The translations under genes and the position numbers were made by a program. From NCBI RefSeq assembly GCF_028641065.1, contig NC_073384.1:29698001-29762000 (forward strand): a stretch of DNA of 64,000 bases. The letters run 5' to 3'. This document shows positions 39,658-52,909 of this stretch, in pieces. Under the pieces are notes generated by a model. That model was given only the letters and a program-made list of their open reading frames with translations, was not told the origin of the DNA and made no database searches. The first letter of the stretch is position 1; every line of letters starts with the position of its first letter. Source of the DNA: Leucoraja erinacea (lineage: Eukaryota).

Positions 39658-40010
39658 ACTATAAAAAAAATTCCTTAGAACATATTTATATGAAAAAAAG
39701 ATAATTATTTTAATAACAAGCAGCTGTTGCCTAGCACTAACCAATCTACTCATAACATTTCCATTGTTGACATAATTTTCATAACTGTGGCATGACACAT
39801 TCATTTCAGCAATGTTCAATGACAGAGACCTGAATTCCACTTAAATTATTTGTCCATCTTAAACAAAGCTAAAACATAAGATAAGGTAATTGAAAATTCA
39901 ATGTAGACTTCAAGAATTCAAGAGTCAAGAGTGTTTTATTGTCATAGCAAATTCCTTGTATGTGAATACTTGGCCAATAAACTTATTCATTCATATGTCA
40001 CAGATAGAAC

Positions 40011-40114
40011 TATAGCGAAGACAAGTGTTGTGAAACAAAGTGATCTTTATTGTGTTATACAGAGAACAGCTCACACGCGACTGGGGAGGGTTCTCCCAGA
40101 GTTTGTTTGTTCGT

Positions 40115-40181
<67 letters not shown>

Positions 40182-43100
40182 CGTGACCCTGCCAGTCCTA
40201 GGGCCGAGGGTTCGCCCAATAAGTGGCCTAGCCACCAGGTGGAGCCACAGGACCCTCCCAGAACCAGAGGCACGAAAACGAAACAGCAGATGAATGAGGT
40301 GGCCAGGACCTCGTACACACATCCCCCCGCAAAAGGGATGCAACCAGTAAAAGCAAAATCGGAAGTGGCCAGGACCACGGACGCCCCCGACGAGGCTGGG
40401 CCATCTGGTTCAGTAATATCCAAATGGGCCAGCTTCAGGCGAGCCGCTGACGCAGTCTCACTCCGACCCCCATGTCCAAAACAAAAGTGGTAAATTCATG
40501 CTGCAGCACCCGGAAAGGACCCATGTATGGATGCTGCAGCGGCGACTGGTGAGCGTTGTGGTACAGGAACACATACAAACAGTCTTGGAGAGTAGGGGGA
40601 ACATGGAAACGAACCATCCCATGGCAAGACGTCGGGACAGGAGAGAGCATGCCCACCTTCTCCCACAAACGAACCATCACAGACGAGGGCGGCTCCTGCA
40701 ACCCACAGGCTGCCGGAATGAAATCCCCCGGAACCATAAGCAGAGTACCGTAAACCTATTCCGCAGAGGAAGAAGACAAATCCTTCTTTGGGGTAGTACG
40801 AATCCCCAGCAAAACCCATGGCAACTCGTCAATTCACTCCGGGCCCGTGAGCCGAACTTTCAGAGCGGCCTTGTGATGACGGTGGAACCGCTCCACCAAA
40901 CCGTTGGATTGGGGATGATAGGCCGTACTGTGATGGAGCTGGGCCCCCAAACGCTGGACACCAAAACGGGCGATCCAGTGGGCAGCGAAGGCTTTCCAAC
41001 ACCAAGCTGGAAATCGCAGTATGGTAGGCGAGAATCTCCCCATCCTCCAGCTGAGCAGCCACTAAGGCGGTATAGTTAATACCCGGGGCCACATCAAGGA
41101 CGGCACCGATGGCGGACCGAGACAATGCATCAGCGACCCGGTTACTTTTACCCTCGATGTGGCGGATGCTGGTAGTGAACTCCGAGATATACGCCAACTG
41201 ACGCTGTTGCCGAGAGGACCAGGGATCCGACACCTTCGCAAATGCAAAGGTGAGGGGCATGTGATTAGTAAAGGCAGTAAAATCCCGGCCCTTAACTGAA
41301 TGTCCCGCTGATTGCCGGCCAATAACTGAAACAACGGCCGCATAATCCGGGCCACCGTGGGCACGAACTGATGGTAAAAAAAATCGCCATACCCACGAAC
41401 TCCTGGAGCCCTTGCACCGTGAAAGGCAGCGGGAACTGGCAAATGGCCTCCACCTTATCCGGGAGCAGAACTGCACCGTGCAGAGCAAGAAAGTCCAGGC
41501 TGCGACCCACCCTGTCCATCAGGTGCTGGAAAACCTGCGCGGCGTTCTTCAGGCCAAAAGGCATACGGAGAAATGTTAATAGTCCAAAAGGAATGATGAT
41601 GGCCATCTTGGGCACGTCCTCTGGGCCCACAGGAATTTGATGATAACCCCATACCAGGTCGACCTTGGAAAAAAACTTGGCGCCGGCCAGATGGGCGGAA
41701 AAGTCCTGAATGTGTGGGATAGGATATCAATCCGCAGTCGTGGCATCATTCAGGCATCGGTAATCTCCACAAGGCCTCCAGCCCCCGGAGACATTGGGGT
41801 CCATGTGTAGCGGAGAGGCCCATAGGCTGTCAGAGCGCTGTACAATTCCCATGGCCTTCATATGGCGGAACTCCGCCTTGGCAATACAGAGCTTGTAGGG
41901 AGGAAGCCTGTGTGCACGTGCGTGGAGCAGAGGTCCTGAAGTGAGGATGTGATGTACCACTCCATGTTTGGGGCTGACCAAATGAAATTGGGGGGATCGG
42001 AATGTCGGGAAAGTCCGCCAATATCTGAGCATAAATATTGTTTACGGAAGTCACCGGATTACGGATACAGTGTGGTATAAGGAGATCTACTCAAACGTCG
42101 CAGCATGAATGAGTAGCTGCCCCCTCATCCACCAACAGGGATTGGGCCTGAAGCAAATCGGCGCCCAGCAACAACTGGGAGACGTCGGCAACTGTGAATG
42201 GCCAGGTAAAATGGCAGGAGCCAAAGATGAGCGGGACCGTATGGAGCTGCAATTTACTGCAGTTAAAGAGGGCCCCCATTTTCCGGAACGAGTGTCGACC
42301 CCCGATGGGGGCAAAACGTTAACCGTCGTCCCGAATGCCAGTCTCAAGCTTAGAGGCGGTGTATCTGGCTGACCGCCGCAGCGATTACTGGCGCCCGGCC
42401 CTGGCATTTCCTGGATACGAGCAGGGTGGGTGGCATTGACGGGCCGCGGAACCCCAGTGTTGATGATAGTAACACCACTTCCCTTTACCGGCTTCTCCAA
42501 GCGGCGCAGCCAAACTCTCGGTGGATACAGGGCCTTCCAAGGCACTGCCGACACCCAATCGAGCAAACCACCTTGTCCACATGCTCCGCCAGCTGCAGAG
42601 TGTCTTCAAAATTTTCACCCGCGAGAAGCAGGCGGATGTCGTCCGGCATCTGCTCCAGAAAGGCATGTTCAAACAGGAGACCATCAGAGTAAGCATTTCG
42701 CTCTTGAGCACCGACTGCTTGCGATCATCGAGACCGCCCATGTACATGAGGCGTGCTGCTCGATCCCGGCGGCTGAGCCCGAAGATACACAAGAGAAGCG
42801 CTTTGAGACCCTCGTACTTGTCCTCAGCCGGTGGTGTGCGTAGTTAAAGGACCAGGCGACCAGTCGTCTCCTGATCCAGTGCGCTGACCATATAATAGCA
42901 CCGAGTGTCATCAGCCGTGATGCAGCGAATGTGGAACTGGGCCTCGGCCTGCTGAAACCATACTTGGGGCTGCGATGTCCATAATACGGGCAGCGTAAGA
43001 GCGACAGCATTCTGCTGGGCCGGATCGACCGCAACTTCGGGTTAGGCGTTGGCTGCATCCATTATTCAAATCTAAAATAACTGTTTTGGATCGTCGGGGT

Positions 43101-43329
43101 CACCAATATAGCGAGACACGTGTTGTGAAACAAAGTGATCTTTATTGTGTTATACAGAGAACAGTTCACAAGCCTCTGGGGAGGGTTCTCTCAGAGTTCT
43201 ATTTTTTTTTAAGGGCACACCCCTAAGCCACGTAACGACTTCTTCCCGCCAAACCTGGTCACGTGAACCTGCCAGTCCTAGGGCCGAAGGTTCACCCAAT
43301 AAGTGGCCTAACCACCAGGTGGAGCCACA
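40011..43329 (-). mobile_element. Decayed Gypsy/Ty3 LTR retrotransposon (gag-PR-RT-RH-IN, frameshifted, internally deleted)
   Basis: LTRs 40011-40249 and 43107-43329; PBS TGGTGACCCCGACG (tRNA-Trp) at 43092-43105. Motifs WASPLHM, WRPCGDYR.LN, RMPFGLKNA, FTNH.PL and AYHPQSNGLVERFH. TSD GAAC/AAAC inside a LINE tail. Confidence 0.93.
40115..40181. repeat. (TCTA)n microsatellite inside the 3' LTR
   Basis: Read directly; absent from the other LTR. Confidence 0.95.
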
Positions 43330-44220
43330 AAACAATGAAATTCTTACGCTGCAGCACAACAGAATACGTAAACAAAGTACTTCAATGAGAGGAAAAAAGT
43401 TCAGTGTGTATAGATATACACACATACTCAAAAAAAACCCAAATATAGTATTGTAGCTGCACCTACTGGTGCCTGTAGGTAGTCGAACCCTGCAGTTGGC
43501 TACCTCGGACAAGTGACTGCGGGGAATTGTTTTGTTTCGCCGCTTTACTGGGCAAGCCCATTCATTCTGTTGACCACTGTTGTGGTAGTAGCACTGTATT
43601 TAGCTGTCTCAAGATTACCACTGTTTTCACCTTACTTTCATAATAAAGTCTTTGAAATCAACCTACCGTCTCGACTCGCTAAAGTATAATAATAGTCTGC
43701 TGATGTTCAAAGCTTATTTGTTGTCGTGTTTAATAGCCTGATGGCTGAAGGGAAGAAAATGTTCCTGAACCTGGACGTTACAGTTTTCAGGCTCCTGTAC
43801 CTTCTTCCCGATGGCAGTGGTGAAACAAGTGAGGGGCCAGGATGGTGTGGGTCTCTGATGATGTTAGCTGCCTTTTCAGGAAGTAGAGGCGCTGATGTAC
43901 ATTCTTTATAATTGCATCAGTGTGCTGGGTCCAGAACACTTGGGGAATTATTGTCTAGGTCACATTTTGTGTGACCTACAATATTGCATAAAACTGATGG
44001 CACCCATATTGCATGCCAGCATAATCAACCATGTGCAATATTCCCAGGAATCCAGCTGTACAGGTATTGTTTTGCATCTAAACTTTCATGTTGCTTTTTG
44101 AAAAATGGAATGAATGTTGCCATCACTTTAAACAGTATATCGTTAAAGATATAAAAAGTATATCGTGAAGATACAAATGAAGCCCTGTGCTTCTCTCCAT
44201 AAATTTTCAAAGGACAAATA

Positions 44221-44960
44221 TCAAAGGTTTCAAAGGTCTTTTATCGTCACGTGTACAAAGTAAAGTGCAGTGATATGCGAATTACCATACAGCCATACCA
44301 AAAAAGCAACAAGACACACAACTACATAAAAGTTAACATAAACATCCATCACAGCGGATTCCCCACATTCCTCACTGTGATGGAAGGCAATCTTCTTCCG
44401 AATGGCCTACTCCTGCACCTATTTTCTATGTTTCTATGTTTCTTCCCTCATTCGGGGCAGTTGAACCATCCATCAGGGCGCTCAAAGTTCCCGCAGCCTG
44501 CGGTCGAAGCTCCTGCGTCGGGGCAATCGAAGCTCCCACGATCGGGGCGGTTGAAGCTCCCACGGCTTGGAGTTCCTGATGTCGGTCTCTAACCAGAGAC
44601 CGCCAGCACAACGATGTTAAAGTCTGCAGGCACCCGTGGTAGAGCTCAAAGGTCGATCTCTGGCAAAGGGATCGCGGGCTCCACGATGGTAAGACCGCAG
44701 CACCCGCGGTGGAGCTCTCGGTCGGTCTCCAGCAAAGGCCACCAACTCCTTGATGTTACGCCACAGTGCGGACGGAGATATGATATGGAAAAAAATAGTA
44801 TCTCCGTTGAGGCAAGATATTAGAAAAAGTTTCCCCCAACCCCCACCTCCACTCCCCACATAAAACAAGCTAAAGAACACTAAAAACATGCATATAACAC
44901 ATATTAAAAAAAACAACGAAGAAGAAAGGATCAGACAGACTGTTGTCGAGGTGGTCTAAG
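44221..44960 (-). mobile_element. Non-autonomous LINE-derived (SINE-like) GC-rich element, related to 56122-56998
   Basis: Tail-type ...GACGATAAAAGACCTTTGAAACCTTTG on minus; shares AACATCCA.CACAG...CCTCACTGTGATGGAAGGCAA with 56235-56287. Confidence 0.55.
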
Positions 44961-45005
44961 GTAAGTGGCAGGCTTCCTAAGATATTGGAATCAAGGCTTA
45001 AAGAG

Positions 45006-45237
45006 NNNNNNNNNNNNNNNNNNNNNNNNNNNNNNNNNNNNNNNNNNNNNNNNNNNNNNNNNNNNNNNNNNNNNNNNNNNNNNNNNNNNNNNNNNNNNNN
45101 NNNNNNNNNNNNNNNNNNNNNNNNNNNNNNNNNNNNNNNNNNNNNNNNNNNNNNNNNNNNNNNNNNNNNNNNNNNNNNNNNNNNNNNNNNNNNNNNNNNN
45201 NNNNNNNNNNNNNNNNNNNNNNNNNNNNNNNNNNNNN
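45006..45237. other. Assembly gap (232 N)
   Basis: N run. Confidence 1.
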
Positions 45238-46041
45238 TCCCCGCCTGCCAATATTCCAACCCACTATCGGGAATCTGGTTGAGGCTTCAACCCTTGATTG
45301 TTGCTACTGAACCACTGATGAAATGTGCAGGGACTACTATGAGGGATAAAGACAGAGGGTTGGCAGTGTAGCCTGTGTCAGTGCTGTGGGGCTCAGAATG
45401 CACCCTGGCCAAGCAGTGGTGCAGTCATTGTTGGGGACCTCCATCAGCTGCTCCATCTGTCGTATGGTTGCACAGCTCTTCCCTGCCCCAAGATTTCTCT
45501 GTGATAACAAACTCAAAGGTGGCTGCGGCCCATTGAGTTTGTTACAATAGAAGCATCTCTAGATTGGGGGGAGCTGTGTCACATCCAACTAGAGGTCACG
45601 AGAGACACTACAATCTGGGTGGTATGTCAACATATAATGCAGTTGCTGCCATTCCTTAGCAATGGCCAGTCTCACCGTGCTAGCCAAGATGCAGTCTTGG
45701 AAATAGGCACATCTCAAACTAAGACAACATCTCTCACCCCGGCCCTCTGCACACTGGCTCAGTGCTTCATGGCACACCGGGTCTGATGACAATGAGAACA
45801 TTGTCTCATTGCGGGGGCAGGGGCTCACACCAGGCCCCAGCAAAGCAGTGTGTAGCCCAAGCTGAGGTATTTTTTAATAATGCTTTATGGTGTGTATCTG
45901 TAAGTGTTCAGATTCCAAGATCAAGAACACTACAGTAACTTAGACATATGGGATAGTTAGAAATAAAGACTTGGATTTATATGGAAATGTAAGGAACAGC
46001 AAATGGTGATTTACAAATAAAGACATAAAGTGCTGGAGTAA

Positions 46042-46945
46042 TGGGTAGTTTACACGGGGCGACTTGACGCAAGATGTAGCCAGAATGGAGTGGTCGTGGT
46101 CTAGCACGATATCACACGATATAATGGGAGGGTAGACCAAGAGTTCCCACGGTACTCGGCAATTCTGTCATTTGTGCGAGTGACTTGTCCGTCTCCCGAT
46201 CTTTCCCGAATGAACATCGTGGACTGTAGTGTAGTTAATCACGTGGCACAAATGATGTTACTTTGTTGTCACACACTCTATTCGTTTTTTTCACCCGAGC
46301 TCTTTAATGAGCTGAAGAATAATCTGTTTTTTTAGACAAATGTTGTTTGGTGTGATGCACCTTCTCTCAATATGTGCAAGAAGTCGTCTTTTTATTTTGT
46401 CAAATATGAATAAAGACTGTATCTCACATTGACCGTGATTATTGTGTTATTTTATGATCTACTGAGAGGTGAAACTTTCAGTCTGAAGAAACTTTCAGCC
46501 CGAAACGCCACCCGTTCCTTCTCTCCAGAGATGTTGCCTGTCCCGCTGAGTTGCTCCAAGCAACTGGTGTCTATCTTCAAAGGANNNNNNNNNNNNNNNN
46601 NNNNNNNNNNNNNNNNNNNNNNNNNNNNNNNNNNNNNNNNNNNNNNNNNNNNNNNNNNNNNNNNNNNNNNNNNNNNNNNNNNNNNNNNNNNNNNNNNNNN
46701 NNNNNNNNNNNNNNNNNNNNNNNNNNNNNNNNNNNNNNNNNNNNNNNNNNNNNNNNNNNNNNNNNNNNNTCGCTCTCCCTCGCTCTCTCTCTCCGGGACA
46801 GAGAGAGAGAGAGGGGGGGGCTCGCTCTCTCTCTCTCTCTGGACAGAGAGAGAGAGAGAGCGAAGTGGGGGATAGAGAGGGGAAGACTGTAGATGCTGCC
46901 TGGCCCGCTGAGGGAAGGAGGGGGCGAGAGGGAGGGAGAGGGAGG

Positions 46946-46994
<49 letters not shown>

Positions 46995-47840
46995 TCCTGG
47001 TCAGTCCTTTGAAGATAGACACCAGTTGCTTGGAGCAACTCAGCGGGACAGGCAGCATCTCTGGAGAGAAGGAACGGGTGGCGTTTCGGGTCGAGAGCCT
47101 TCTTCACACTCTCCCTCCCTCACTCTCACACAGGCATGAATGGAGGAACTCCGCGGGCCAGGCAGCATTTACGTTCCTTCTCTCCAGAGATGCGGCCCGT
47201 CCCGCTGAGTTGCTCCAAGCAACTGGTGTCTATCTTCAAAGGACTGACCAGGACTGCCTCGCTCTCTCTCTCTCTCTCGTCTGTCCATTTCTCTCTGTAG
47301 ATGCTGCCTGGCCCGCGGAGTTCATCCATTCACGCCTGTGTGGGAGGGAGAGAGAGAGAGAGGGAGAGACGCACACACAAGGTGGATGCGAAATCTTACC
47401 TGCCTGTTTCAGTGACAGACACCCACCGCCAGTAAATGAAGACACCCCCATCTTTCAGACAAAAAGAGACACACTGACATTAATGAAATGCTTAGCTAGT
47501 TTTATTAGATTTGTATGTAAATAGCAAACTGGCTGGATTCACTCTATCCAACTTCCGGGTTCACCGTTGGCAGGAGTTCCCACGGTGACCGCAAGAGTTA
47601 CTACCGATATCGCACGGGACACTTCGTTCATAAAATGTTGCAATGCTTAACCACAAGTGCGCAAGACACTCTTGGACAAATTCAAACATGTTTGAATTTT
47701 CTCCCGAGTACCCAAGGTACACGATTAACTGCCGTTAGCGCCACGGTGGTCCACGAATGCCGTATTGTTACCGCACGAGGTTCCCACGATGTCAAACTCT
47801 GGTTACCTCTTGCGTCAAGTCGCACCGTGAAAAGGGGGTT
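46042..47840. mobile_element. PIF/Harbinger-type non-autonomous element inserted in a Penelope terminal repeat
   Basis: TIR core CACGG(G/T)GCGACTTGACGCAAGA.GTA.CCAGA; TAA duplication; removal restores GCTGGAGTAACTCAGCGGG. Confidence 0.8.
46585..46769. other. Assembly gap (185 N)
   Basis: N run between inverted, GA-rich repeats. Confidence 1.
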
Positions 47841-48835
47841 TAACTCAGCGGGCAGACAGCATTTCGGAAGAACATGAACAGGTGACGTTTTGGGTCAGGA
47901 CCCTTCTGCAGACTCTTGCATCTGAAAGAAGGGTCCGGACCTAAAATATCACCTATCCATGTTCTCTAGAGATGCTGCCTGACCCCCTGAGTACTCCAGC
48001 ACTTTGTGACTTTTTTTACATGGATTTATATACTACTTTACATCTTCCTATCTGGAGGTCCCATAAGAGCTCATGGCCTATTTTTGAAATGTTGTCACTT
48101 TAGCAAAGTACAAACACAGCAGCCACTTTATGAATCAACACTCACAGATACCAAAGAGATAATGGCCAGATGATCTGTTTTAGCATGGTTGGGTAAGTAT
48201 AATACTGGCCGGGAATCCAGCAATGGCTTCCCTACTCATCTTCACCTGAGGTTGTAGATTGTCTCACTTTACCATATCATTCAAAATATGGCACTTCCAA
48301 CCGTGCAGCACTCCATCAGAACTGCAGTGGGATATCGGTCTTGATCTTTGTCTCTTTGGAACTGGATTTGAATCGCCAACCTTATGATAGACCCAAGACT
48401 GACAGATCCGCAGCAATCATTTTTGCAATGTTTAACATTCCTGAAATAACATGATAAGACCATATCTGATTATAAAGACAATATTTTTGCCTTGTTGTCT
48501 AAAACTGCTAATCCCACTGATTCAGCAACCTGAAAGCCCAGGAAGGAAGATTACAAGACCTGGTAAACACTGCCTGGTCCAACAGATTTCGGCCTTCCCA
48601 CCATCGCAGGGATTTATAAGAGGTGTTGTCTCAAAAAGGCAGTCAGCTTCATCAAGACCCTATACCAATCTGGGCATACTTTCTTTTCACTCCTGCAATC
48701 AGGAGTCTGAAAACTACAGCGTCCAGGAACAACTTCCTCCATCAACACTGTGGACTGTGAGTACTGTGCTCACAAACCTGTTTTGCTGCTTCTGTACATA
48801 AGAATTTCAATGTTTCGCTTTGGTATATCTATATA

Positions 48836-51047
48836 TCTATTTACATACTAAAAGTCTCATCTGGTGTCCGTGTGAGCGTGTGTGTGCTTGTATGTTTTGT
48901 ATCTTCCTTAAAATGCTATGCGCTAGTGTTTAAATATTTACATGTTCTAACTAACATTTTTCGCGCCCACGCCGTACTCAGGTTCACTTAAGATTTCATC
49001 TTATATTTCACAAGTTATTCATGATTAAAGTTTTTTTTAAAGCCCAAAATTGCTTCACACAGAGAGCCTTTTTCCAGCAGCTTCCAGTGATGATGTCACA
49101 AAGCCATCAAACAGGCGTCCAATCACAATGGATCTCATTTACAAATAACATCACAATGGGACGTTGCCAACGGTAACCGCAGCTTCTCACAGAGAGCCTT
49201 TTTCGAGCAGCTTCCAGTGATGATGTCACAATGCCACTCACAGTGCACCAATCACAATGGACTATCAGGCGGCCGAGTGCCACCACCCCCCCCCCCCCCC
49301 CCCCCCCTCCCCCCGGGTTATTCATGTTTTAAAAAGTTTCAAAAAAAAGCCAAAACAACCTTTTAAAACACCAGCTTCCAGTGACGTCACAATGCCCCCC
49401 CCACCCCAATGGTAGACGTCAGGGGGAGGGCCACATTTCAAAAACAGCTTAATCAGCTCCCCAACGGTCACTTCTGCACTGCTTGAGGTTGACTCAACAT
49501 CAACTTCTGCAACGCTTGATTCTAACTGCTTCATTTTCGTCATCTTTAAAGATAAGATTTATTTTAAAACACCTCGTGGTGTAAAAAAAAAGATCAACCT
49601 TGCTTTTATTCACTTTCTCGGCGCCGCTCGCTCGGGCTCCCCCGCACAGTCGGCTCGGGTTTGCTCCTGGGCCTAGCCAAGATGCCCATTCGCAGATCCA
49701 GGCAGCGGACAGTCGATGGTCACACCAGAGTCGGTTGCCTGCCCCTCTTCCGGGCCTACATCCGTGCTCGCATTTTCTTGGAGAAGGAACACGCGGTGTC
49801 CACGGGGACACTGGAGGCCTTCCGTAAACGCTGGTTGTCGTGGGGGAGGAGAATGGTGTGTGCTGCCATCAAGGGAGAGAGGGAGGGAGAGGGAGAGTGA
49901 GAGAGAGTGAGAGGGATTGAGAGAAAGAGTACCCGCAACCCCCCTACATGTCGAGTCCACATTGCCCTTACCCCCCCCCCCCCCCCCAGCCTCCGCCACC
50001 CCCCTCCTGACAGCCCCCCCCCCCCCCCACACCCCTCCCCCCCCTCGGGTTAGGGTTCTGGTAACTCTGCCAAATCGGTACATGATAGCGATACAATTAT
50101 TGGCTCACCTTACTCACCATTGTCCTCGCCAAAGTTTTGTTCAGATTGATGGTATATATTACAAGTTATTGACATTTACAAAAAACACTTTTCAAAGCAC
50201 TTGCCCTGCCCGTCAGCCGCATCACTATGATGTCACAATGGGATCACGAATCTCATTTACATAAAAAAATTGCTTTAAAAAAAAAAATCAGTTTTATTCA
50301 ATTTCTTCCACACATTCATTCACAATGATGTCACAATGGGATCCCGATACTCGTTTAAATTTTTTTTTAAATTGCGATTTTCAAAAAAACTCAGTTTTAA
50401 TCAAATTCTTGTTGGGGAGGTTTCATTTACAAAAAATCATAGCAATTTTCATTGTAGGGGAGAGGTTTCATTTTTTTTTAAAACGCGATTTTCATTGTGG
50501 GGGGGGGGGATAGGGGGAGGTGAGGAATGGGGGGGGGGTGGGGGGGATAGAGGGAGAGGTGGGGGGGAGTGTGGAGGTAGGGAGTAGGGGACGGGGGATA
50601 GAGGAAGAGGTGGGGGGGAGTGTGGAGGTAGGGAGTGGGGATAGAGAGAGAGGGGGGCAGTGGGGGAGGTGAGGAGGGAGAGTGGGGGAGTGGGATATAG
50701 GGGGGAGGTGAAGAGTGGGGAAGGTGGGAGATAGATTATGAATGGAGGGAATTACTGAATGTAGGGGGAAGGAGAGGTGAGGGGGGAGGGGAGGAGGAGA
50801 GGCGAAAGAAGAGGGAGGTTGAAGAGGAGGGGGAGGTAGTGCTGGGGTTGAGGGGGGATGGAGGATAGGGGTAGGAAGAGGGATGGCGATGCGTAGTTGA
50901 TGGTGGGTTGCTGTGACTCACATCACAACGGAAATCTCTGGTATCACAACGGGAACCCAACAGCTGCACCTGCGCAGTTGGGGGCTATGGGTGAGTGGTG
51001 GAATGTTGCGTTGGGGAATGGGGCCAAACGGGTCCCACTTGGTCTAG
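48836..51047 (+). mobile_element. Non-autonomous Helitron-like element H3 (nested)
   Basis: A|TCTATTTACATACTAAAAGTCTCATC ... GGGGCCAAACGGGTCCCACTTGGTCTAG|T; no TSD. Confidence 0.82.
49661..49845 (+). pseudogene. Tx1/L1-clade ORF2 C-terminal fragment carried inside H3
   Basis: LLGLAKMPIRRSR...CLPLFRAYIRARIFLEKEHA..TGTLEAFRKRW resembles the Tx1 ORF2 end as recalled. Confidence 0.7.
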
Positions 51048-51560
51048 TATATTACTAAAACTCTCATCTTGTTTGTTTGTATGCGTGCGTGATCCCGAAA
51101 CTACGCCAAAACAGCATGATAGTGCTACAATTACAATACAATAGTGCTTCCACCTTACTCACCACATCTTGTCCTGTGATGTGCTGTTGCAAGTTTCATT
51201 CAGATTGATGGTATAATTTACAAGTTATTCACATTTTAAACTTTACAAAAACCACTTTTACAAAAATCACTTTTGCACTTGCACTGCCCGTTACCCGCGT
51301 ACAACGTCACAATGATATCACAATGGGATCCCGAATAGAATTTACATAAACAAAAAAAAACGTTTTAATCAAATTCTTGGGGGGAGGTTTCATTGAATAA
51401 AACATCGTGATTTTCATTGAGGGAGGGTGGGATAGCGGGGAGGTGAGGAGTGGGGGAGCAGGGGGATAGAGGGAGATGAGGGGGATAGGGAGGGGAGTGG
51501 AGTTATGGAAGGAGGGTGGGAGTGACTGAGGCTCTCCGTGCGTGCGGTTTTAAAAATAAC

Positions 51561-51900
51561 CAGGGTTGCCAACTGTCACGCTTTGAGTGTGAGAATAACG
51601 CATTTTGACAAATTCTCACGCCCTCACGCTGATCACTAATTTCTCACGCTCTGGCATGAGAAATTCTGTGATCAATGAAAATTTCAAACCTCATAAACTG
51701 CATGGGCCGCTGGTGTTGGAGAGCCGGAGCTGATGCAGCGGCGGGAACAGATATGGGGAGCCGGGGCTGGCGAGTGTTTGCGGGGCTGGCGAGTCGCTCG
51801 CTGCAGCTCCAGCCATGGAGCAGCCCCATTGCAAGTGTCCCGGGCCTTCGGAGGCGTTGCGCGGCTGCCGTGAGTCTCTGTGCCGAAGGGACAGAGACTC
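51561..51900. mobile_element. hAT-type left end (CAGGGTTGCCAAC) with TCACGC subterminal repeats
   Basis: Terminal motif plus repeated CTCACGC; matching right end not found. Confidence 0.55.
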
Positions 51901-51904
51901 TCAA

Positions 51905-52498
51905 AGGGAGGGGGAGAGACAGAGGGGAAGGAGACAGGTAAGACAGTGGGGGGAGAGAGAGAGGGGTTGAGACAGAGGGGAAGAGGATGGGGAGAGAGAG
52001 AGAGGTGAGGGAGAGAGAGAGGGGAGGGGAGGGGGGAGAGAGAAGAGGAGAAAGGGGGAAGAGAGAGAGAGGGGGAGAGAGGGGGAGAAAGAGAGAGGGG
52101 GAGAAAGGAAGAGAGATAGGGAGTGGAGGGAGGAGAGAGGGGGGAGAGGGAGGGGGAGAGAGAGGTGGAAGGGAGAGAGGGGGGAAAGAGAGAAACGGGG
52201 GAAAGAGGGAGAGACGGGGGCAAAGAGAAAGAGGAGATAGAGAAAGAGAGGGGAGAGAGAAGGTAGAGAGAGCAAGGGGGAGAGTGAGGTGGGAGGGAGA
52301 AATGGGGGAGAGATGGGGGGGGAGAGGAGGAGAGAGAGTGGAGAGGGTAGAGGGGGAGAGAGAGAGAGAGACTGGGGAGAAAGGGGAGATAGAGAAGGAG
52401 GGAGAAAGAGAGCGGGGGTAAGAGGAGAGAGAGGGGGAGGGAGAGTTTGGGGAAAGAGAGGGGAGAGAAAGTTAGTGGAAAGAGAGAGGGAGAGAGAG
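51905..52498. repeat. ~600-bp G/A polypurine tract
   Basis: Read directly; a further G-rich tract at 50500-50880. Confidence 0.95.
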
Positions 52499-52909
52499 TA
52501 ATTAGCCTGATTTGTAATTAGTTGACAAAACCTTAATTTATTAATCTGGAATATCCAGAGGGACGGGATAAGTGTAATATTAAAATGACATGCAAGGTGT
52601 CAGGCTGTCTGTCACAACATATAGCCCCGATAACCCATTATTTCCTTCAGTTAAATATTGGGAAGGTAGCACTATTGTCATTTGCCACTCAACTATTATG
52701 TTAGCTTACCTCACTGATTATTTCTAAACTCCCCCCCCCCCACCCCCAATTCCTTTGACAGGTTGAATAGAAATATCCCCAATCTCGTTGTTTTATTAAT
52801 TGAACACGTAGATGAACATCCTCAAGGAGTGTAATCAGATGGAAACTGATTCAGATGCGATATTTAAGAGCTTGTTCAAAGAAGGGGAACATTTTAAAGG
52901 AGTGACAGA

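Noticed and set aside
45783-45815. CTGATGA followed by a stem-loop (possible hammerhead or snoRNA box)
   Set aside because: No GAAA after the stem and no matching box pair; nearby small hairpins (45505-45545) are too short to interpret.
44870-47107. ORFs containing X runs
   Set aside because: They read through N gaps.
51905-52498. Glu/Arg/Gly-rich ORFs
   Set aside because: Polypurine low-complexity artefact.
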